A stretch of 38,146 bases of DNA from a virus (lineage: Duplodnaviria > Heunggongvirae > Uroviricota > Caudoviricetes). The notes under the pieces are model-generated. The model was not told where the DNA came from, did not search any database, and saw only the letters and a list, made by a program, of their open reading frames with translations. The stretch lies in the IMG/VR virus record IMGVR_UViG_2695420714_000020; one strand, written 5' to 3'. Positions 17,683 through 25,705 of this stretch are shown here, in pieces. The position numbers and the translations under genes are program-made. Numbering within the stretch: the stretch's first letter is position 1; every line of letters begins with the position of its first letter.

Positions 17683-18741
17683 ATGAAGAAGAATACCCGC
17701 TTTGCTTTTAACGCTTACCTGCAGCAGCTGGCGCGTCTGAACGGTGTGGCAGTTGAAGAACTGTCCAGCAAGTTCACCGTGGAGCCGTCTGTGCAGCAGA
17801 CGCTGGAAGACCAGATCCAGCAGTCCGCCGCTTTCCTGACGCTGATTAACGTCACGCCAGTGACTGAGCAGTCCGGTCAGCTGCTGGGGCTGGGTGTTGG
17901 CAGCACCATTGCCGGAACCACTGACACCACCGCGAAAGAGCGTGAACCTGTCGATCCGACGCTGATGGTCGATGTGGAATATAAATGCGAACAGACCAAC
18001 TTTGATACGGTGCTGACCTACGCGAAGCTGGACCTGTGGGCGAAGTTTCAGGATTTCCAGGTGCGTATCCGTAACGCCATCGTGAAACGTCAGGCACTGG
18101 ATCGCATCATGATCGGCTTTAACGGCGTGAAGCGAGCGAAAACCTCCAACCGTAGCGAAAACCCGCTGCTGCAGGATGTGAACAAAGGCTGGCTGCAGAA
18201 AATCCGTGAGGATGCACCGGATCACGTCATGGGCAGCACCACCACGGGCGGTGAAATCACACCGGGTGCGGTGAAAGTCGGGAAAGGTGGCGAATATGCC
18301 AACCTGGACGCCGTGGTGATGGATGCGGTCAATGAGCTTATCGACGTGGTCTACCAGGACGATGACGATCTGGTGGTGATTTGCGGTCGTGAGCTGCTGT
18401 CTGACAAGTATTTCCCGCTGGTCAACAAAGAGCAGGAAAACAGTGAAAAACTCGCTGCCGATATGATCATCAGTCAGAAACGCATGGGTGGCCTGCAGGC
18501 CGTGCGTGCGCCGTTCTTCCCGCCGAATACGCTGCTAATCACCCGTCTGGATAACCTGTCCATCTACTGGCAGGAAGACACCCGCCGCCGTTCAGTTATC
18601 GACAACCCGAAACGTGACCGGATTGAAAATTTTGAATCCGTTAACGAAGCCTATGTGGTTGAGGACTACCGCTGTGCTGCACTGGTGGAAAACATCCAGA
18701 TTGGCGATTTTAGCGCCGCTGCAGCCGAAGCCGGAGCGTAA
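17683..18741 (+). CDS. N: Major capsid protein gpN
   Basis: 352 aa; N-terminus TRFAFNAYLQQLARLNGV...KFTVEPSVQQTL parallels P2 N. Confidence 0.9.
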   Translation: MKKNTRFAFNAYLQQLARLNGVAVEELSSKFTVEPSVQQTLEDQIQQSAAFLTLINVTPVTEQSGQLLGLGVGSTIAGTTDTTAKEREPVDPTLMVDVEYKCEQTNFDTVLTYAKLDLWAKFQDFQVRIRNAIVKRQALDRIMIGFNGVKRAKTSNRSENPLLQDVNKGWLQKIREDAPDHVMGSTTTGGEITPGAVKVGKGGEYANLDAVVMDAVNELIDVVYQDDDDLVVICGRELLSDKYFPLVNKEQENSEKLAADMIISQKRMGGLQAVRAPFFPPNTLLITRLDNLSIYWQEDTRRRSVIDNPKRDRIENFESVNEAYVVEDYRCAALVENIQIGDFSAAAAEAGA

Positions 18742-18744
18742 CCC

Positions 18745-19395
18745 ATGAGCCTGAGTCCCGCACGGCAGCATCGCCTGCGCGTTCAGGCTGAACAGGCCGC
18801 CCGTGAGGGCGGCAGCGTTCGCCACGCGTCGGGCTATGACCTGATGCTGCTGCAACTGGCGGAAGACCGCCGCCGTCTCAAGGGCGTTCAGTCCACGGTC
18901 AAAAAAGCGGAAATCAAAGTGGAGCTGCTGCCGAAGTACGCCGCCTGGGCGGAGGGTGTCCTGGCTGCCGGAGGCGCACAGCAGGATGACGTGCTGATGT
19001 ATGTGATGCTGTGGCGCATTGATGCCGGAGATTATGCCGGGGCGCTGGAGATCGGGCGTCATGCCCTGCGTCATGGCTGGGTGATGCCGCTGGGTAACCG
19101 CAACGTGCAGACCGTGCTGGCAGAGGAAATGGCAGACGCAGCGCAGAGCGCAATGCTTGCCGCCACCGGCTTTGATGCTGATCTGTTGCTGCAGACGCTG
19201 GAGCTGACAGACGGTCTGGATATGCCGGACCAGTCACGGGCGCGTCTGCATAAAGCGATTGGTGCTGTCCTGAGTGAAAGCAATCCGGCTTCCGCCCTTA
19301 ATCATCTCAACCATGCGTTACAGCTCGATCCCCGCTGTGGCGTGAAAAAAGACAAACAGCAGCTGGAGCGCAGACTGCGCAATGACAGCCGCTGA
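18745..19395 (+). CDS. M: Terminase small subunit / endonuclease gpM
   Basis: 216 aa, follows N; P2 M-like motifs (GAQQDDVLMYVMLWRIDAGDYAGALEIGRHAL). Confidence 0.85.
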   Translation: MSLSPARQHRLRVQAEQAAREGGSVRHASGYDLMLLQLAEDRRRLKGVQSTVKKAEIKVELLPKYAAWAEGVLAAGGAQQDDVLMYVMLWRIDAGDYAGALEIGRHALRHGWVMPLGNRNVQTVLAEEMADAAQSAMLAATGFDADLLLQTLELTDGLDMPDQSRARLHKAIGAVLSESNPASALNHLNHALQLDPRCGVKKDKQQLERRLRNDSR

Positions 19396-19490
19396 CAGAA
19401 CGTGCCCCCGCGCACGGGCGGCACGGGGTGGCGAAAGGCACTGCCACATCAAAACCCCGTCCACCGCCCTTTATTTCAGGAGAAAGCAGC

Positions 19491-19955
19491 ATGAAGTTTG
19501 TTGCGCCAGAACAGGCACCGGAACAGGCGGAAATCATCAGAAATACGCCGTTCTGGCCTGATGTGGACCTGTCGGAGTTTCGCAGTGTCATGCGCACTGA
19601 CGGCACGGTGACGCAGCCGCGTTTAAAGCAGGTTGCGCTGTCGGCAATTTCGGAGGTCAACGCAGAGCTGTATGAGTTTCGCAGACGCCAGCAGATGCTG
19701 GGGTATGCCTCGCTGGCAGAAGTCCCGGCGGAACAACTGGACGGCAAAAGCGAGCGCATTCAGCACTATTTCAACGCGGTTTACTGCTGGGCACGCGCCA
19801 TGCTCAACGAACGTTACCAGGACTATGACGCCACGGCATCCGGTGCGAAGCGGGGCGAGGAACTGGCGGAAGCAAGCGGTGATTTATGGCGTGACGCCCG
19901 CTGGGCCATCAGCCGGGTGCAGGATGCGCCGCACTGCACAGTGGAGCTTATCTGA
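19491..19955 (+). CDS. L: Head completion/stabilization protein gpL
   Basis: Start MKFVAPE at ATG 19491 with AGGAGA ribosome-binding site; position after M. Confidence 0.8.
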   Translation: MKFVAPEQAPEQAEIIRNTPFWPDVDLSEFRSVMRTDGTVTQPRLKQVALSAISEVNAELYEFRRRQQMLGYASLAEVPAEQLDGKSERIQHYFNAVYCWARAMLNERYQDYDATASGAKRGEELAEASGDLWRDARWAISRVQDAPHCTVELI

Positions 19956-20158
19956 TGAAAGTGCGTGCGCATCAATATGACACGGTGGACGCACTTTGCT
20001 GGCGTCATTACGGGCGCACGCAGGGTGTCACGGAGCAGGTACTGAAGGCAAATCCGGGGCTTGCCGAATATGGCCCCTTTTTACCTCACGGGCTGCAGGT
20101 GGAGCTGCCGGACATTCCGACCACCACCACCGTGCAGACCGTCCAGCTATGGGACTGA
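19955..20158 (+). CDS. X: Tail protein gpX
   Basis: 67 aa, same length as P2 X; ATG overlaps the L stop. Confidence 0.75.
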   Translation: MKVRAHQYDTVDALCWRHYGRTQGVTEQVLKANPGLAEYGPFLPHGLQVELPDIPTTTTVQTVQLWD

Positions 20159-20161
20159 ATT

Positions 20162-20377
20162 ATGACGCTTGAGCGAATCAGCGCCTTTATCACGTACTGC
20201 ATCGCCGTTGTGCTGGCCTGGCTGGGCGATTTGTCCATCAAGGATGCCTCAACGCTGGGCGGCCTGATGATTGGTGTGCTGATGCTGGCTATCAACTGGT
20301 ACTACAAACACAAAGCCTACCAGCTTCTGCGCGACGGGCAGATCTCGCGGGAGGACTATGAATCCATCAATCGTTAA
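20162..20377 (+). CDS. Holin (small two-TMD protein; pinholin-like candidate)
   Basis: 71 aa with two hydrophobic segments (ISAFITYCIAVVLAWLG; LGGLMIGVLMLAINWYY) and a charged C-terminus; immediately upstream of and overlapping the endolysin. Confidence 0.7.
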   Translation: MTLERISAFITYCIAVVLAWLGDLSIKDASTLGGLMIGVLMLAINWYYKHKAYQLLRDGQISREDYESINR

Positions 20378-20870
20378 ACGCTGCCTTGTCGGGGGCGTGC
20401 TGGCTATTGCTGCCACGCTGCCGGGTTTTCAGCAGCTTCACACCTCCGTGGAGGGGCTGAAACTGATTGCCGATTACGAAGGCTGTCGTCTGCAGCCGTA
20501 TCAGTGCAGCGCGGGTGTCTGGACCGACGGCATTGGTAATACATCGGGCGTCATTCCCGGCAAAACAATCACGGAACGACAGGCAGCAGAAGGGCTGATC
20601 TCCAACGTGCTGCGTGTGGAGCGGGCACTGGAAAGGTGTGTGAAGCAACAGCCACCACAGAAGGTGTATGACGCTACGGTGTCGTTTGCCTTCAACGTGG
20701 GGACGGGCAATGCCTGTAGTTCCACGCTGGTGAAATTGCTCAATCAGCGGCGCTGGGCGGATGCGTGCCGACAGTTGCCGCGCTGGGTTTATGTAAAAGG
20801 TGTGTTTAATCAGGGGCTGGATAACCGCCGTGCGCGGGAGATGGCTTGGTGTTTACAGGGAGCAAACTGA
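20358..20870 (+). CDS. Endolysin (lysozyme-like), probable SAR signal-anchor type
   Basis: 170 aa. N-terminal weakly hydrophobic Gly/Ala-rich segment CLVGGVLAIAATLPGF, then EG...DGIGNT lysozyme-type core. Architecture resembles phage P21 R. Confidence 0.8.
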   Translation: MNPSIVKRCLVGGVLAIAATLPGFQQLHTSVEGLKLIADYEGCRLQPYQCSAGVWTDGIGNTSGVIPGKTITERQAAEGLISNVLRVERALERCVKQQPPQKVYDATVSFAFNVGTGNACSSTLVKLLNQRRWADACRQLPRWVYVKGVFNQGLDNRRAREMAWCLQGAN

Positions 20871-20871
20871 A

Positions 20872-21249
20872 ATGAAAAAGAAATTAATCAGCGGACTGTT
20901 TCTGATGTTATGGATGGCGCTGTTAGTCGCAGCAATGGTGTATCCGCAGGGGATTTTTCCGGTACTGGCAGTGTCCGGCGTTTGGGTAGCCTGTTTGCTG
21001 ACATGGGCGGTAATTCCTGTAGCACTGGCTGCGTTAATTAAGAATGGCCCGCTCTGGCAGGAGTTAAGGGCATCTTTGCTGAAGACAATTACCCGAAAAG
21101 AAAACGTATTTATCACCTGGGTGATGCGATTGCTGATTGTTGTAAGTCTCGCTTGGACGGGGTGGGCTATTACCCTGGTCTTTTATCTACTGACCGTTAT
21201 TGCCTTCTGGATCACCCGTAATCAGATGGCGCAACAGGTAGCAGCATGA
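20872..21249 (+). CDS. lysA: LysA-like membrane protein (lysis timing)
   Basis: Start MKKKLISGLF at ATG 20872; about 125 aa with four predicted hydrophobic helices; P2 lysA position. Confidence 0.6.
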   Translation: MKKKLISGLFLMLWMALLVAAMVYPQGIFPVLAVSGVWVACLLTWAVIPVALAALIKNGPLWQELRASLLKTITRKENVFITWVMRLLIVVSLAWTGWAITLVFYLLTVIAFWITRNQMAQQVAA

Positions 21250-21674
21250 ACCGGTTGCTGCTGGTTGTGCTGGCGTTATTACTGGCGGCGCTGGGCTGGC
21301 AGACGTGGCGGCTGGCTGATGCCAGCCAGACCATTAGCACGCAGGCAGACGAGCTGCAGAGCAAAAGCCAGGCACTGGCAAAGAGCAACAGCCAGCTTAT
21401 CAGCCTGTCCATTCTGACTGAAACCAATAACCGGGAGCAGGCGCGGCTCTATGCCGAAGCAGAACAGACCAGCGCGCTGCTGAGACAACGACAACACCGG
21501 ATCGAGGAACTGAAACGTGAGAACGAGGATTTACGCCGCTGGGCTGATACTCCTTTGCCTGCTGACATTATCCGGCTGCGGGAACGTCCGACGCTCACCG
21601 GAGGTGCAGCTTACCGTCAGTGGTTGTCCGCGAGTGACGCCGTGTCGGCTGGATCAGGCAGCGCCGCGCACTAA
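21246..21674 (+). CDS. lysB: LysB, Rz-like inner-membrane spanin
   Basis: 142 aa; N-terminal TMD (LLLVVLALLLAALGW) then coiled-coil-like Gln/Glu/Arg-rich region. Confidence 0.75.
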   Translation: MNRLLLVVLALLLAALGWQTWRLADASQTISTQADELQSKSQALAKSNSQLISLSILTETNNREQARLYAEAEQTSALLRQRQHRIEELKRENEDLRRWADTPLPADIIRLRERPTLTGGAAYRQWLSASDAVSAGSGSAAH

Positions 21675-21807
21675 CGGTGATCTGAACGCGTTGCTGGATG
21701 AAACGGAGGCCGCCTGGGCGGTCTGTGCAGACAAAGTGGACATGATTATTGCGTGTCAGGAGCGAAACAGTGAACAAACCACAATCCCTGCGCCACGCCC
21801 TAAATAA
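21517..21807 (+). CDS. lysC: LysC, Rz1-like outer-membrane lipoprotein spanin (overlapping, alternate frame)
   Basis: Lipobox LLTLSGC after a signal peptide; overlaps the lysB 3' end in another frame; Pro-rich C-terminus. Apparent GTG start. Confidence 0.6.
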   Translation: MRTRIYAAGLILLCLLTLSGCGNVRRSPEVQLTVSGCPRVTPCRLDQAAPRTNGDLNALLDETEAAWAVCADKVDMIIACQERNSEQTTIPAPRPK

Positions 21808-22201
21808 AGCGGTGCCTTATGTCCGCAATAACCCGGAAAAACTGCATCTGTTTGTGGATAACGGTTCGCTGGTTGCCACGGGGGCCAGCTCCATGTCGTG
21901 GGAGTACCGTTACACCCTGAACGCGGTGATTGAGGATTTCAGCGGCGACCAGAATCTGTTGATGGCCCCGGTTTTACTGTGGCTGAGGGATAACCAGCCC
22001 GATGCCATCAATAACCCGGCGTTACGGGAAAAACAATTCACCTTTGAGGTGGATATTCTGCGCAACGATGTCTGTGATATCAGCTTGAACCTGCAACTGA
22101 CGGAACGTGTGCTGGTCAGCACTGACGGCAGTGTGTCGAGCGTTGAAGCTGTAGCGGAACCCGATGAACCTGAAGAAATGTGGACGGTGAAACGTGGCTG
22201 A
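21770..22201 (+). CDS. R: Tail completion protein gpR
   Basis: GTG 21770 after AGGAG ribosome-binding site; LHLFVDNGS...EKRYTLN...WLRDNQPD parallels P2 R. Confidence 0.8.
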   Translation: MNKPQSLRHALNKAVPYVRNNPEKLHLFVDNGSLVATGASSMSWEYRYTLNAVIEDFSGDQNLLMAPVLLWLRDNQPDAINNPALREKQFTFEVDILRNDVCDISLNLQLTERVLVSTDGSVSSVEAVAEPDEPEEMWTVKRG

Positions 22202-22646
22202 ACTGCAGAAAGTGGACGACTGGCTGAGTGCCTTGCTGGCGAATCTGGAACCAGCCGCCAGAAGCCGCATGATGCGCCAGCTGGCGCAGGAACTGCGCCG
22301 GACACAGCAGCAGAATATCAGGATGCAGCGCAACCCTGACGGCAGCAGCTATGAACCGCGACGGGTAACAGCACGAAGTAAAAAAGGGCGCATCAAACGT
22401 CAGATGTTTGCAAAGCTGCGCACCACAAAATACCTGAAAACCGCCGCCAGCGCGGATTCTGCCAGCGTACAGTTTGAAGGTAAGGTGCAGCGCATTGCCC
22501 GCGTTCATCATTACGGCCTGCGCGATCGCGTCAGTCCAAAGGGGGGAGTCATTAAGTATCCATCCCGAAAATTGCTGGGTTTAAATGAACATACTGAAAA
22601 TGAAGTAAGAGATTTACTTTTAAAGTATTTTTTGATGAAAAATTAG
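22194..22646 (+). CDS. S: Tail completion protein gpS
   Basis: 150 aa (GTG start overlapping the R stop); KRQMFAKLRTTKYLKT...HHYGLRDRVS parallels P2 S. Confidence 0.85.
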   Translation: MAELQKVDDWLSALLANLEPAARSRMMRQLAQELRRTQQQNIRMQRNPDGSSYEPRRVTARSKKGRIKRQMFAKLRTTKYLKTAASADSASVQFEGKVQRIARVHHYGLRDRVSPKGGVIKYPSRKLLGLNEHTENEVRDLLLKYFLMKN

Positions 22647-22651
22647 AATGT

Positions 22652-23221
22652 TTACGCACTTAATAAACTTAAATAACTTTTTATGCTTTGGCAAAAAGGG
22701 AAAAGGTCTATTTTAATTTTCCAGTTTTTTTTGTTTTGAACCCCAGAAGCAATAATAGAACCATCCCAATATTTTATTCCATTTTTGCCGGTCTTTTTTG
22801 TTAACTCAAAACTTAATGCGTGAATAATTTTATTGCAGCATTCGCGTATAGAACCTTTAACATGACCATCTATAACAAAAAGTATATTTTCATGTTCTTC
22901 AAATGCTTCTTTCTCAGGTGAGTAATCTGGGTTCCACTCATGTTCACTAGTGTCTTGGAGAATTCGTAGTTTTGTACAAAGGCTAATAAGATTGTTGCTA
23001 ATGGTATATTCCAACCATCCGTTGTACGATAACTCCTCCATTTCAAATTCAGTTACTATAGAATCATCATATACTTTCTGTGTGGAATATATACGCTGTA
23101 AATAAAATTCAGATGAACAGCATAATTGCTCAATTATTCTTGCGTGTTCTTCTATAGCGTAATAATCAATTGGATGGCTCATTCTTTTACCTTTCTTCGA
23201 TTGGAATTGTATTTGTGTCAT
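22652..23221 (-). CDS. Moron: orphan 189-aa protein on the opposite strand between gpS and gpV
   Basis: AT-rich ORF antiparallel to the late operon, filling the S-V junction that is contiguous in P2. Start codon sits inside the PV activator dyad; no motif recognised. Confidence 0.55.
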   Translation of the reverse strand: MTQIQFQSKKGKRMSHPIDYYAIEEHARIIEQLCCSSEFYLQRIYSTQKVYDDSIVTEFEMEELSYNGWLEYTISNNLISLCTKLRILQDTSEHEWNPDYSPEKEAFEEHENILFVIDGHVKGSIRECCNKIIHALSFELTKKTGKNGIKYWDGSIIASGVQNKKNWKIKIDLFPFCQSIKSYLSLLSA

Positions 23222-23231
23222 TTACCACACA
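23214..23231. promoter_or_regulatory. Late-promoter activator dyad TGT-N12-ACA upstream of gpV
   Basis: TGTGTCATTTACCACACA centred about 55 bp upstream of the V start, as for Ogr-dependent P2 late promoters. Confidence 0.5.
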
Positions 23232-23277
23232 AGGACGTATTGATGCCATAGATTCAAGGTCCGTGCAACCTAACCCT

Positions 23278-23856
23278 ATGAACGCACAACTAACCGAAAT
23301 CATGCGCCTTATCACCAACCTGATCCGCACTGGGGTAGTCACCGAAGTGGATCGGGAGAACTGGCTTTGCCGGGTGAAAACGGGCGAGCTTGAAACCAAC
23401 TGGATCAGCTGGCTGACGCTGCGTGCCGGAAATGCCCGGACATGGTGGCGACCATCGGAAGGTGAGCAGGTGGTGCTGCTGAGTCTGGGCGGCAATCTGG
23501 AGACTGCCTTTGCGCTGCCCGCTGTCTATTCGAATCAGTTCGCACCACCGTCGACGTCGGCGGACGCCTGCGTGACAGAACATCCTGACGGTGGCTGGTT
23601 TGAATACGAACCCGCCACCGGGCGCTGGTATGTCAGGGGCATCAAATCAATGGTCATTGAGGCCGCTGACAACATCACCCTGAAAACCAATGAGTTTGTA
23701 CTGGAGGCTGACCGCACGCGCATTAACAGCGAAGTGGTGATCAATGGTGGCGTTACCCAGGGCGGCGGAGCGATGAGTTCTAACGGGATCGTGGTTGATG
23801 CGCATCAGCATACTGGCGTCCTGAAAGGCGGCGACACAACCGGAGGCCCGGTATGA
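23278..23856 (+). CDS. V: Baseplate spike/assembly protein gpV
   Basis: Start MNAQLTEIM at ATG 23278; RTWWRPSEGEQVVLLSLGGNLETAFALP parallels P2 V. Confidence 0.85.
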   Translation: MNAQLTEIMRLITNLIRTGVVTEVDRENWLCRVKTGELETNWISWLTLRAGNARTWWRPSEGEQVVLLSLGGNLETAFALPAVYSNQFAPPSTSADACVTEHPDGGWFEYEPATGRWYVRGIKSMVIEAADNITLKTNEFVLEADRTRINSEVVINGGVTQGGGAMSSNGIVVDAHQHTGVLKGGDTTGGPV

Positions 23857-24212
23857 CGCTTTATAGCGGGATGAACAATACCAGCGGTAAAGCCATTACT
23901 GATATTGACCATCTGCGCCAGTCGGTGCGGGACATTCTGCTGACGCCGCAGGGTAGTCGCATTGCCCGTCGGGAATATGGTTCCCTGCTGTCGGCACTGA
24001 TTGATCAGCCACAAAATCCGGCATTACGCCTGCAGGTTATGTCGGCTGTGTATGTGGCACTGAGTCGCTGGGAGCCACGGCTGGCGCTCGATTCCATCAC
24101 TATTAACAGCAATTTTGACGGTTCAATGGTGGTGGAGCTGAGCGGGCGGCGTAATAACGGTGTGCCTGTGTCCCTTTCAGTATCAACAGGAGCAGAGAAT
24201 GGCAGTGATTGA
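23853..24212 (+). CDS. W: Baseplate wedge protein gpW
   Basis: 119 aa (P2 W is about 115 aa); overlaps the V stop. Confidence 0.8.
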   Translation: MTLYSGMNNTSGKAITDIDHLRQSVRDILLTPQGSRIARREYGSLLSALIDQPQNPALRLQVMSAVYVALSRWEPRLALDSITINSNFDGSMVVELSGRRNNGVPVSLSVSTGAENGSD

Positions 24213-25107
24213 CCTTTCGCAGTTGCCTGCGCCGCAGATTGTGGATGTGCCGGACTTTGAGACGCTGCTTGCCGAACGCAAGGCCGGATTTGTTGCGCTT
24301 CATCCGAAAGATGAGCAGGAAGCAGTGATCCGCACGCTGGAACTGGAATCTGAACCCGTCACCAAATTGCTGCAGGAGAACGCTTACCGTGAGTTGCTTC
24401 TGCGCCAGCGCATTAACGAAGCCGCGCAGGCTGTGATGGTGGCTTACGCGATGGGCAGCGATCTTGACCAGCTCGCTGCCAACTACAACGTGAAACGCCT
24501 GACGGTGACGCCTGCTGATAATGACGCTGTGCCGCCCGTTGCAGCTGTGATGGAAAGCGATGAAGCGTTACGCCTGCGTGTGCCTGCAGCCTTTGAAGGG
24601 CTTTCAGTTGCGGGGCCAACTGCAGCTTATGAATTTCATGCCCGAAGCGCCGACGGTCGGGTGGCGGATGCCAGTGCAACCAGCTCGGCACCTGCAGAGG
24701 TGGTGCTGACTGTCCTTAGCCGCGAAGGCGATGGAACTGCAGAAAAAGACCTGCTGGACGTGGTGGAAAAAGCTCTGAACAGTGAGAACGTCCGCCCGGT
24801 GGCTGACCGTCTTACGGTTCGCAGCGCAGAAATCATCCCGTATCGCGTGGAAGCCACCATTTTTCTCTATCCTGGACCGGAAGCAGAGCCGGTAATGGCA
24901 GCGGCAAAAGCCAGCCTGCAGAAGTACATCGCCAGTCAGACGCGTCTTGGTCTGGATATTCGCCGTAGCGCCATCTTTGCCGCCCTGCATGTTGAGGGTG
25001 TGCAGCGTGTGGAGCTGGCTTCTCCTCTGGAGGATGTGGTCCTGAACAAAACACAGGCGGCATCATGTACGCAGTGGAGCGTAACCAACGGAGGAACGGA
25101 TGAATAG
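24199..25107 (+). CDS. J: Baseplate protein gpJ
   Basis: Start MAVIDLSQLP at ATG 24199; about 302 aa as in P2 J. Confidence 0.85.
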   Translation: MAVIDLSQLPAPQIVDVPDFETLLAERKAGFVALHPKDEQEAVIRTLELESEPVTKLLQENAYRELLLRQRINEAAQAVMVAYAMGSDLDQLAANYNVKRLTVTPADNDAVPPVAAVMESDEALRLRVPAAFEGLSVAGPTAAYEFHARSADGRVADASATSSAPAEVVLTVLSREGDGTAEKDLLDVVEKALNSENVRPVADRLTVRSAEIIPYRVEATIFLYPGPEAEPVMAAAKASLQKYIASQTRLGLDIRRSAIFAALHVEGVQRVELASPLEDVVLNKTQAASCTQWSVTNGGTDE

Positions 25108-25705
25108 TCTGCTGCCACCGGGTTCAACACCACTGGAGCGCCGACTGGCGCAAACCTGCAGCGGGATTTCTGATCTGCAGGTGCCGCTTCGTGACTTGTG
25201 GAATCCGGCAACCTGTCCGGTCAGTTTCCTGCCTTATCTCGCCTGGGCGTTCTCTGTAGATCGCTGGGACGAGGGCTGGACAGAAAGCGTCAAGCGCCAG
25301 GTGGTGAAGGATGCTTTTTATATTCATCAGCATAAAGGGACCACCAGTGCCGTGCGGCGGGTGGTGGAGCCGTTCGGCTTTCTGATCCGCATTATTGAGT
25401 GGTGGCAGACCGGAGAGGCACCGGGCACGTTTCGCCTGGATATCGGCGTGCAGGACCAGGGTATCACTGAAGATACCTATCTGGAACTTGAGCGACTGAT
25501 AAGCGATGCCAAACCATGTAGCCGCCACATGATCGGCATATCCATCAATCTGCAGACCAGCGGCCCGCATTGGGTGGGAGCCGCCAGCTATCTTGGCGAA
25601 GAAATCACGATCTATCCGTATATCAACGAAACGATTATTTCCGGTGGCACCGCGCATGAAGGCGGGGCGGTCCATGTTATTGACACAATGAGAGTGAATC
25701 CATGA
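25100..25705 (+). CDS. I: Baseplate protein gpI
   Basis: 201 aa; position between J and H. Confidence 0.8.
   Translation: MNSLLPPGSTPLERRLAQTCSGISDLQVPLRDLWNPATCPVSFLPYLAWAFSVDRWDEGWTESVKRQVVKDAFYIHQHKGTTSAVRRVVEPFGFLIRIIEWWQTGEAPGTFRLDIGVQDQGITEDTYLELERLISDAKPCSRHMIGISINLQTSGPHWVGAASYLGEEITIYPYINETIISGGTAHEGGAVHVIDTMRVNP

Noticed and set aside
17563-19074. Minus-strand ORFs (17563..18225, 17852..18097, 18592..19074, 18914..19237) overlapping capsid and terminase small subunit genes
   Set aside because: Antisense to syntenic P2 N/M genes, Arg/Pro/Ser-rich with no ribosome-binding-site context; coding-strand shadows.
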